Positions 1 through 8,200 of a stretch of 46,612 nucleotides of DNA are shown here, piece after piece. Numbering within the stretch: position 1 is the stretch's first letter; every line of letters begins with the position of its first letter. This DNA comes from a virus. Lineage: Duplodnaviria > Caudoviricetes. The notes beneath the pieces were generated by a model. It had not been told where the DNA came from and did no database searches. It saw nothing but the letters and a program-made list of their open reading frames with translations. The stretch is from the IMG/VR virus record IMGVR_UViG_3300017700_000619, positions 1 to 46,612 of that record, one strand, 5' to 3'. A program made the position numbers and the translations under genes.

Positions 1-123
1 ATGCTGGCGAAGCCCGATCCCGTGCGTGAGGCCCAGAACCGGGCAATCCTTTCCGTAATCAAGGAGGTGCAGGATGCGCCGAACACTGATCGTTGCGTCA
101 GCAGCCCTGCTGTCATGCTTGCC
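1..123. repeat. 123-bp exact terminal direct repeat (copy 1); circular assembly overlap
   Basis: Identical to 46490-46612; an ORF reads in frame across the junction. Confidence 0.97.
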
Positions 124-189
124 CTTGACCGCCTGCGGCAGCTTACCCCAGCCACAGCCGGTGGTCAGCAGCACAACCCTGCCCCCTGA
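1..189 (+). CDS. 3' part of the i-spanin gene starting at 46313
   Basis: In frame with 46313 across the terminal overlap. Confidence 0.75.
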   Translation: MLAKPDPVREAQNRAILSVIKEVQDAPNTDRCVSSPAVMLALDRLRQLTPATAGGQQHNPAP

Positions 190-331
190 GGCGTTCATGT
201 GTACCGGCGCACCGACGGTGCCCGAGGGCGTCACGCTGACAGACCAGGGCGTCGCGCTCTACATCATGTCGCTTTACGCGGCGTGGTACGACTGCGCCAC
301 ACAACTTAACCTAGTAGGAAAGGCCAAGTAA
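74..331 (+). CDS. Outer-membrane spanin lipoprotein (Rz1-like)
   Basis: Signal peptide with lipobox LTAC; Pro-rich mature part with Cys; overlaps the i-spanin 3' end in another frame; SD AAGGAGG upstream. Confidence 0.8.
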   Translation: MRRTLIVASAALLSCLPLTACGSLPQPQPVVSSTTLPPEAFMCTGAPTVPEGVTLTDQGVALYIMSLYAAWYDCATQLNLVGKAK

Positions 332-1566
332 TGGCTAACTCGACGGGGGCAAAACGCCCAACAAAATCTCAGCTCCAGCGGTTCGTAGATCTCCTCGCCG
401 AACACGGAACCGCCGTGTCTGCCGCACTCGCCATGGGGCTCTCTGGCGGTACGGGCCAGAACTGGGTCAGGTATGCGCGCGAGGAAGGTGTCACTTCCAA
501 GCTGGAGACGCCACGCGCGCTCAAGCAGCAGATCGCGCAGTTGCGCAAGGAGATGGCGGACAGCCAGCGTGAGGAGGATACCGCAGCTCTGATTCGGGAA
601 CGCATCTACGGGCTGTCGGCTATCACCCCGCAGCCGCCGACCTGGATCACCAAGGAGAGCACAGCGTCGAAAGTGCGCGGTTGCCCCATGACGATCTGGA
701 GCGACTGGCATTACGGCGAGGTGGTGCGCAAGGAAGAAGTCGGCGGGGTCAACGAGTTCAACGCGACGGTCGCCAAACGTCGCATCCAAACTTTGGTGGA
801 CAAGACGATCGAGCTTTGTTTCCACCACATGGGGGCCAGCGAGCAGGAATACCCCGGCATCATCGTGTGTCTCGGAGGCGACATGATCTCGGGCGACATC
901 CACGAGGAACTGGCGGTCACGAACGATCGCACGCCCTACCAGGCGATCAACGACTTGGCGGACCTGCTGGCCGCCGCGCTCACGCAAATCGCCGATGCCT
1001 TTGGTAAGGTGTTCGTACCGTGCGTCGTCGGCAACCATGGGCGCGGAACGCACAAGCCGCGCCACAAGGGGCGCATCTTCACGTCGTTCGAGTGGAACCT
1101 GTACTGCACGCTTGAGCGCCACTTCCGCAACGACAAGCGGGTAACATTCGACATCCCCGAACAAACCGACAGTTACTTCAACGTCTATGGCCATCGCTTT
1201 TTGTTAACGCACGGCGACTCGCTCGGTTCCCGCGGCGGCGACGGAATCATCGGGTCGATCGGCCCCATCATGCGCGGCAAGATCAAGACTGGCGCTAGCG
1301 AAGCCCAGATCGGCCGGGACTTCGACACCATGATTATCGGCCACTACCACCAGTACATCGCCTTGCCTGGCCTTGTGGTGAACAACTGCCTCAAGGGTTA
1401 CGACGAATACGCCCGGTTGTTCCTGCGCGCGCCGTTTAGTCGACCGTCGCAGGCGTTGTGGTTCGTCCACCCTAAACACGGCATCACTGCGCACTGGCAA
1501 GTCTATCTGGAAGACCTGCCGAAGCAACAAACGGATGCGAAAACCTGGCTGAAGGTGTTGGCGTGA
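331..1566 (+). CDS. Calcineurin-like metallophosphoesterase with N-terminal HTH and coiled coil
   Basis: Motifs SDWH, GGDMISGDIH, GNHG, THGD, GHYH. Confidence 0.85.
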   Translation: MANSTGAKRPTKSQLQRFVDLLAEHGTAVSAALAMGLSGGTGQNWVRYAREEGVTSKLETPRALKQQIAQLRKEMADSQREEDTAALIRERIYGLSAITPQPPTWITKESTASKVRGCPMTIWSDWHYGEVVRKEEVGGVNEFNATVAKRRIQTLVDKTIELCFHHMGASEQEYPGIIVCLGGDMISGDIHEELAVTNDRTPYQAINDLADLLAAALTQIADAFGKVFVPCVVGNHGRGTHKPRHKGRIFTSFEWNLYCTLERHFRNDKRVTFDIPEQTDSYFNVYGHRFLLTHGDSLGSRGGDGIIGSIGPIMRGKIKTGASEAQIGRDFDTMIIGHYHQYIALPGLVVNNCLKGYDEYARLFLRAPFSRPSQALWFVHPKHGITAHWQVYLEDLPKQQTDAKTWLKVLA

Positions 1567-2009
1567 AACCAAGCATACCAGACAGTTTTTGGCTCAAGCT
1601 GGTCGACGAGCAGCGATCCTTAAGCGAGGACCGCTCCACGAAAACTGGAGCCATCATAGCCGCGGCCGACGGCTTCGTGCTGTCGGCTGGCTGCAACAGT
1701 CTACCTCTAGGCGTGCAAGACAGCGATGCGCGGCGGATTCGCCCAGCGAAGTATGACTGGACTGAACACGCCGAACGCAACGCTATCTACCACGCGGCCA
1801 AGCATGGCATCCCTCTGCGAGGCAGCACAATGTACATGCGCTGGTTCCCTTGCGTCGATTGCGCCCGTGCCGTCATCCAGAGCGGGATCATAAAACTGGT
1901 GTGCGAAAAATACGAAGGCAAAGACGATCCTCGCTGGGCTTTCGCGGCAGCAAAAACCATGCTGGAGGAGGCGGGCGTTTCGATTAGGTTCTTCGCTTCA
2001 GATGCCTGA
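1563..2009 (+). CDS. dCMP deaminase family protein
   Basis: Zinc deaminase motifs HAERNAI and PCVDC. Confidence 0.9.
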   Translation: MKPSIPDSFWLKLVDEQRSLSEDRSTKTGAIIAAADGFVLSAGCNSLPLGVQDSDARRIRPAKYDWTEHAERNAIYHAAKHGIPLRGSTMYMRWFPCVDCARAVIQSGIIKLVCEKYEGKDDPRWAFAAAKTMLEEAGVSIRFFASDA

Positions 2010-2244
2010 TTACCCCTACACCGTCCGCAACACCCAGCCCCTGCCGCACCAGAAGGCCCAGGGGCCGCACATCTGCGGCGTGTCCCGCACGTTGGAGGAG
2101 TCAATCGCGTTCGTGCGCGAGCGCACCGTAGAGGACGGCACACCTTGGGGCTGGTGGGAGATCCTGCACAGGGACGGGCGCCGCTGGTTCTGGGTCCAGA
2201 ACGGCACTCACGTAAAGATGGTGGACGACAACCGCAGGTTGTGA
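2002..2244 (+). CDS. Hypothetical protein
   Basis: Overlaps the deaminase stop; ends just before the convergent hairpin. Confidence 0.6.
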   Translation: MPDYPYTVRNTQPLPHQKAQGPHICGVSRTLEESIAFVRERTVEDGTPWGWWEILHRDGRRWFWVQNGTHVKMVDDNRRL

Positions 2245-2289
2245 AACTATACGCGGGCGGCTCCTTCACCGCCGATGCTCAAGCATCCG

Positions 2290-2325
2290 ACCCCCTGACC
2301 TGTCCTCCGTCCCCGGTCAGGGGGT
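2290..2325. terminator. Hairpin between convergent operons
   Basis: ACCCCCTGACC (2290-2300) pairs with GGTCAGGGGGT (2315-2325). Confidence 0.6.
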
Positions 2326-2331
2326 TGTCGC

Positions 2332-2757
2332 TTACTCGTAATCTCTGCCAGTTCGCATCATTTCGGCCAAGCGCTTCGCGCGCTTCCCCACTTGTCTGGC
2401 CCATTTCGACTTGAGCATGCGCGCCGCTGCCGCCGCGTACTCACCCCTGGCGACCTCGCCCAGCGTCTGGGTGAACGTGCCGAAGGTGCCGGGGCCAAGA
2501 TTGAACATCATGTCTACGAGAACTTTCTGGCGCACATCGTCGAGCCCGCGCCACCAGGCGTGTTTGCGGTCCAGTGCGTCCTTGGCCCGCGCAATATCGT
2601 TGCGCAGCATGAGGTCGATTTCATCGTCTGACAGGCCCACATCGTCGAGGTTCCGCCCGACACCGCCCGACATCTTGCCGACGCTGTCCCGGTAGATCCT
2701 CTTGCGACGGCCCTCATGCAGCGTGAGCTGTTCTTCTAGTGTGTACCGAAGGGCCAT
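2332..2757 (-). CDS. Endolysin, T4-lysozyme-like (GH24) family
   Basis: HEG..K.IYRDSVGKMSGGVGRNL, RQKVLVDMMFNLG and SKWARQVGKRA are typical of this family; start placed at ATG 2757. Confidence 0.9.
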   Translation of the reverse strand: MALRYTLEEQLTLHEGRRKRIYRDSVGKMSGGVGRNLDDVGLSDDEIDLMLRNDIARAKDALDRKHAWWRGLDDVRQKVLVDMMFNLGPGTFGTFTQTLGEVARGEYAAAAARMLKSKWARQVGKRAKRLAEMMRTGRDYE

Positions 2758-2933
2758 TTCAATCCTGCCCCTGCGCCCCAAGCAGCCACGGCGATCAGCA
2801 CGGCCATGGTCGCCTTCCACAACACCGACCACAGGCCCTTGCCGAGGTTGCCGTAGAACTTGGCTTCCCAAGTCTCCAGCACCTTCTCGGCAATGGCCTC
2901 CACGTCCGCGTCCGAGAGGGTGCGCTCGCTCAA
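2736..2933 (-). CDS. Putative holin / small membrane protein
   Basis: 65 aa with one C-terminal hydrophobic segment; directly upstream of and overlapping the endolysin. Confidence 0.6.
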   Translation of the reverse strand: MSERTLSDADVEAIAEKVLETWEAKFYGNLGKGLWSVLWKATMAVLIAVAAWGAGAGLKWPFGTH

Positions 2934-5008
2934 ATCGGCCTCCAGGTGGCGTAGGTGTTGGCGGCGTTGCCGTTGAGCGTGCGGTCGCCCCCGGCGCCTG
3001 CTATGACAACCGAGATATCCCAGTAATCCGTAGCGACAGTCTGGCGGAACTCGATGTCACCGTTGGCGCCAAGAGCGCCCGCCTTGGCCGCTATGAAGGT
3101 CAGGCGGCGGAAGGGGGTCGACCCGTTCTTGCGCAGGATAAACACCACCTCGTCGCCGGCCGCTATGTTCGTCGTAAATACAGCCCCGAGGGACACCTTG
3201 TGCGCCCCGATGGGCGGCAGGTATCGCCGGGTGGCTGTGTCGTAGAACCCGCCGACGTTGGCCGTGGCGCGGGAGAAAGCGACCTGCGTTTCGGCCGGCG
3301 AGACCGGAAAGTCCTGCGTCGCGCCGTTGGTGTCGACTTCGGCGTAGCCCAGCGGGTTCGGATCGAATGAGAGGGCCGAGGCCACAACGCTGTAGGAGAC
3401 CGGCGTACCGACGAATACGTTGTCCTTGCCGATCGTGATGCCGGTCGAGTTGGCATCGGCGAACACGCCGATGTCCATCGTGTAGAACATATTGCCCTGC
3501 ACCAGCACGGCGTTCTGCTTGGTGAAGTGGATCGCGGTTTCCGTGCCGCCCCCGCTGCCGCCGGCCCACACGTTGTTGGCGATGACACTAGCGTTGGTCG
3601 GCGAGCCGGACGTGTTGTTGAGTTCGAGCGAACGCCAGTCGCCAGTGCCGAATCCGGTCGAGGAGAACGCGCAACCGATGATCGCATAGAACGCGATCTG
3701 GCTAAGTTCGATCGAGCTGTTGCGGTCGTTGAAATAGCAGTCGATGGCGCGGAAGACGGGCTCGGTGGCCGTAGTCTTGTGCGCGATCGAGCGGCCCACG
3801 GTAACGGTCGTGACGCCGCGGCAATATACACCCTCGTAGGCGCCTTCGACCAGGATGCCGCGCTCCATGGACACGAAGGAAACATCGTCGAACCAGACCT
3901 CCACAGGGTCGCCCGTACCGTCGATGTGGATGCCGTGCGTCATCTTGCCGGAGATGCCGACGCCGGCGAACGCGCAGCCGGTGAACCGGACGTTGCGCAG
4001 GTTGGTGCCGCGGATGCCCACGGTCCACCACTGGGTGGTGTCCTGAGAGACGATCTCGATGCGCTCGATGCGCGGGCCGTTGCCCTGGTAGCCGCTGCCG
4101 CCCGTGTAGTTGTAGGTGACGGCCGTGCCGTTGGCCCCGGTCGCGCCGGCTTCCATGGTGAAGTCGGTCAGGGCAAGGCGGCCCATGTCGAAGTTCTTAT
4201 CCGCCGAGCCGGTGAACACGAGTCCACCACTGGTTGTCTGGCGCAGGACGGAGACGCCCATCCCCTGGCCGGAAAGGTGGACGACCTTGTCCCCACAGGT
4301 GACGTTGCCGGCAATCTGGACAATGCCGATGGGTAGCACAATCTGCGCGCGATCGGTTACGGCGTCGAAGCACGCTTGCAGGGCGAGCGTGTTGGCCGCT
4401 GCGGAATTGGACGGGCTGACCCCGTAGAGCGCCGCGTAGACGGCGCCGATAGAGGCGAAAGGCACGGCGAGCGCACCCGCCCAGCCCGCAGCCAGTGCCG
4501 CCACGCCGATGTCAGTTTGTTCGACGCCGACCAGATCCCCGTTCGGGTTGATAGCCAGAGCCAGCACCTTGTCGGCGTCTGGCTCGGGCAGCACAGGCTG
4601 GCTGTAGATCGAGGTCGAGCGGCGCAGCGCGGCGCGGCCGACCTTGTCCCGCAATTGCTGGACGAGGATGGTCAGCTTGTCGAACGTCTCCGTCACGACA
4701 ACAGGGTTGAAGCCCCCCTGGTTCTGGATATCGGTATCCTGCGTCGCGTCCGCTTCGGTCGTGATGATGTAGGACTGGTCGGCCGTCGGGGCTGTGTCCC
4801 ACTGGATCGTGCCGCCAGGGTTGGTGTTCTGGTTCGGGTTGAGCGCAACCGTGTAAGTGCCTGGACTTACAAGCGATTCGGTGTCGTCCTCGACACGATA
4901 GATTGCAACGTCGTCGGTGTCCTGCACCTTGAAGGTGAAGGGGTCCGACGTGCGAACGCCGTTGCCAACCAGAAGCGAGGTCTTCCGCGAGGTCGAGGAG
5001 ATTGTCAT
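2930..5008 (-). CDS. Tailspike / receptor-binding protein: T7-tail-fibre-like N-terminal anchor, beta-helix, C1q-like C-terminus
   Basis: N-terminal GNG...F.F...Q.T...NQGGF.P...E.FDKLT...QQL anchor; Gly/Asn/Thr-rich beta-helix repeats; start at ATG 5008 inferred from the promoter motif. Confidence 0.85.
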   Translation of the reverse strand: MTISSTSRKTSLLVGNGVRTSDPFTFKVQDTDDVAIYRVEDDTESLVSPGTYTVALNPNQNTNPGGTIQWDTAPTADQSYIITTEADATQDTDIQNQGGFNPVVVTETFDKLTILVQQLRDKVGRAALRRSTSIYSQPVLPEPDADKVLALAINPNGDLVGVEQTDIGVAALAAGWAGALAVPFASIGAVYAALYGVSPSNSAAANTLALQACFDAVTDRAQIVLPIGIVQIAGNVTCGDKVVHLSGQGMGVSVLRQTTSGGLVFTGSADKNFDMGRLALTDFTMEAGATGANGTAVTYNYTGGSGYQGNGPRIERIEIVSQDTTQWWTVGIRGTNLRNVRFTGCAFAGVGISGKMTHGIHIDGTGDPVEVWFDDVSFVSMERGILVEGAYEGVYCRGVTTVTVGRSIAHKTTATEPVFRAIDCYFNDRNSSIELSQIAFYAIIGCAFSSTGFGTGDWRSLELNNTSGSPTNASVIANNVWAGGSGGGTETAIHFTKQNAVLVQGNMFYTMDIGVFADANSTGITIGKDNVFVGTPVSYSVVASALSFDPNPLGYAEVDTNGATQDFPVSPAETQVAFSRATANVGGFYDTATRRYLPPIGAHKVSLGAVFTTNIAAGDEVVFILRKNGSTPFRRLTFIAAKAGALGANGDIEFRQTVATDYWDISVVIAGAGGDRTLNGNAANTYATWRPI

Positions 5009-5015
5009 GGCGCGG

Positions 5016-5048
5016 AGCATACAACGCTAGGTTGTTTGCATCCACCAC
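5016..5048 (-). promoter_or_regulatory. Putative late promoter GTGGTGGA-N19-TATGCT, leaderless (ATG 7 nt downstream)
   Basis: Same motif and spacing at four intergenic sites. Confidence 0.75.
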
Positions 5049-5055
5049 AGCATAA

Positions 5056-5080
5056 GGGCCGCCCTGATTAGAGGCGGCCC
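5056..5080 (-). terminator. GC-rich hairpin terminator
   Basis: GGGCCGCC...GGCGGCCC inverted repeat. Confidence 0.65.
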
Positions 5081-5190
5081 CGTAGTCCACAATACCAATA
5101 GCGCTAGCTAATTAAAGGCGGGGTTACGACTTCATGTCCGAACTCCTTCTGCCGGAGGCACCGGGTAATCACTCCCGGTGCTCTTGAAGC
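5056..5190 (-). ncRNA. Candidate small RNA / minigene (ATG AAG TCG TAA) transcription unit
   Basis: TTGACA-N17-CAGTCT promoter, 8-bp hairpin, SD AAGGAG, 3-codon ORF, terminator. Confidence 0.4.
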
Positions 5191-5191
5191 A

Positions 5192-5220
5192 AGACTGCAC
5201 AACAACCGAAGCCTTGTCAA
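5192..5220 (-). promoter_or_regulatory. sigma70-like promoter TTGACA-N17-CAGTCT
   Basis: 5198-5220 matches 34388-34410 (plus strand) at 19 of 23 nt. Confidence 0.55.
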
Positions 5221-8200
5221 CTACCTCCCCGCCACAAGCCCACGCGCATAGTCCACGCCGTCTTTCGGTTCCACATCGCCTTCCGCCACATCCGCTGCGT
5301 AGCCCAGCGGGCGGGCCAGAGCCTGGAACGGAACGCCGGTAAGCAGGGTTGCCAGGGTTAGCGTGTCCTTGATCGTGCGCGAGGCGTCGCCCTGGCCCAT
5401 GAAGTAGTCGTAGATATCGACCGGCACGCGGATGCTCGTCTCCAGTACGGAGATCGCTGGGGACGACAGGACGCGATCGTCATAGGGCTTGTCGTTGAAG
5501 GCGTTGACCCCGGCGATAGCTGCCGAGCCAGCGAACGGGACCATGGCGGCGGCCGTCTTGGCCTGCGTTCCGAAGAACCAGGAGAGCCAATACTCCAGTG
5601 GCTCGTCGTCATCGTCGGGCACGTCGCCGCGGATCATGTCGACGACAAGCTGGGCGAGCAGGGCCGGCGCGGCAAAGCCGACGATGTAGATGTAGGCCAG
5701 GCGACCCTTGCCCGACTTGAGGCCGAGATCGCGCATGGCCGAGCGGAACTCGGTGCTCAACTGGTTGGCCCACATATTGAAATAGCCGTACATGCCGAGC
5801 AGCAGTTTCTGCCAGCCCGTGCCCGTCTCGATGCGTGAGATGGACTCCGGGGTCTGGTCGCCCTGCGTCTGGCGCACCACGGCGTCGCCGAACTTCGCAG
5901 CGTCGTCCTCGCTCAGTCCGCGCGCCTTGGCTGACTCGTAACCGCCCAGCCAGACGATCACGTCCTGGATATTCTGCAGGGCGGTCTGGGCGAAATAGGT
6001 GTGGCGTTCGAACCAGTTTACAGCCTTGGCATACTTGCCCTTGGCTTCCACAATGCTGTCAATGGCGTCGCGCATGGCGATGGCCTGCGCGGTGGAGCGG
6101 TTCTCGATCGTCTTGGACGCCGCCACCACAGCCTCGTGTACGCCCTTGGGGTCGCGCAGGTAGCGCGCCAGCCCTTGGGCGATGTAGCGCTTGCGCACGC
6201 CCTTGTAGGCAGCGGCGTTGAACAGGCCCGTGGGCTGCTGCACCACGTTGGCGATGTTGGCGAACATCAGCCCCATGGAGGAGCGACGGCGCAGGCCGTT
6301 GGCGAAGGCGCTGACGCCGCGCCCCGCCTTGCCGCCCAGCGGCATCTCGTTGGTCTGGCGGGCCGAACGCACCAGCCACGGGCCGAGCAGATCCTCGCGG
6401 GCCGTCGGGTGGAAGTCGTCGAGGAGACGCTTGACCTTCTCGGTGGAGATGATGCGCAGCACGTCGCGGACGGGCGCCGCCATGTGGGCGAACTTGAGAA
6501 CCTTGTCGATGTGGCTACCAAGCAGTCGCAGGTCGAGGTGCAACACCTTGTTGTACTCGACGCGCGCTTGCGTGAAGCCCGAAGCCGGCGCCGGGAACAT
6601 GGTGCTGTCGTGGCTTTCCAGCGCGTTCTGGGCCGCGCGCATGGAGGCGTCGGCCACGTAGAAGTCGTCATAGACGGCCGGGATGTAGCCGCCGCGGAAC
6701 TCGCCGAACGGCGTCTGCACAGGATCGGCCGTGACCTCGGCGAAGTAGCGGCCGAACACATGGCGGTGGGCCTGTTGCGCCAGGGGCTTGATCTGCTCCA
6801 GCAGGTCCCACACGCCTTGCGCGAACTGGTAGTCCTCGACCGTGAGCACGCCCTCGCGCGCCATGCGGGTGACGAACTGGTCCCAACGGCCGGTATCCAG
6901 CGAGCCGTCCTGCCGCTCTGCACCCCAGCGACGACCGAGGAGCAGCTTGCGCTTGTTCGACTGGTTGCCGGTGTGCAGCAGGGCGTGCAGCAGTTCGGCC
7001 CGGTTGCGGAAGGTGTAGCCCAGTTCGGGCGCGGCAATCTGCTTGCCGTCCAGCTTCGCTTCCATCGGCGCGAACAGCTCGCGGAACCGGGTGATGTATT
7101 TGCCGAGGTCGAGCCTGTACTCTGTCGCGGCCTGGTTCACCGGCCGCCACAGGAACTTGGTCATGGGGCCGGGCGTGTCGCCGTCGACCGTGCGCGCCCA
7201 CGCCTCGACACGACGCAGGGCCGCCAGCCATGCCTCGCCGATGCGCAGGGTGCGCTGCCATGCCGTCGGCGCCTTGGTGATACCCTTCGCCCCGTCAGCG
7301 CCGCGGCTCTCCAGCAGCGTCGCGATCTGGGTAGCCACGTCGTCGAGATCGAGCTTCTGGCCGTTGATCTGGACGAGCATGCTCTCGCGCGACAGGTCCC
7401 AGAGCTGCACGACAACGTCGCGCATGCCGAGGAACTGCTCGACGGTCAGGTCCGTAAGCTTGCGGTTGTTGGTGAAGGCGGCCAGCAGGGTAGGCTCAAG
7501 GCTGGCGTAGAGTTGCGGGTCGTAACGCTTGACCGCGTCGAGATAGGTGACGGGCTGGTTCTTCATGCGCGCGAGGCCGTAGGCCGAGAGCACGGCGCGG
7601 GACGCCTGCACCAGGTCGAAGTTGCGGGACTTCGCCACGGTGTCGCGCTTGGCCGTGAGGATCTGCCGGAACTTGTTGAGCGCGGCGTCGCGCTCCTTCT
7701 GCTTGGCGTAGACTTCGCGGGCGATATGGAAGTTGAGAAGCTGGTCGCGCTTGGCGGCAGCAGCCCCCGCCAGATCGTTCTTCCTGACGGCTTCCTCGGC
7801 GGCGCGGCCGGCGCGGCGCTCCTGGGCTACGAATTTCGCCGGATTGAGCTTGCTCGCATTGAGGCGCGCAACGATACGGATAGCGGCCTCGCGAGCCGCT
7901 TCGTTGAGCAGCTTCCGCTCCCCGAGGGCTGCAGTAAGTGCAGCGTATTCGCCGGCAAGCACACGGGCGCGGAGTCCTGAGTGGACAGCCTCGTCCGCCG
8001 CGCGGGCGATAGAAGCGTCATCCACCAAATCGCCATAGCGCTCAAGCATGCGCTGATCCGTGATCCCACTTATTTTCTCCTTCGCGGGTTCCGCAGTTAA
8101 CAGGTCTTTCACCAGAGCGTCGCCGCTCTCGTAGCCCAGGATCGGGGCGAGAACGTCGGGGTGCAGGCCATCCTTGGCGAGCATACCATACTTGCCATAG

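Noticed and set aside
1-123. Biological terminal repeat
   Set aside because: It falls mid-gene and is most simply an assembly overlap of a circular or permuted genome. Read-end data would be needed to say otherwise.
2930-5220. Diversity-generating retroelement, expected because the virion module is BPP-1-like
   Set aside because: I found no reverse transcriptase ORF and no template/variable repeat pair near the receptor-binding gene.
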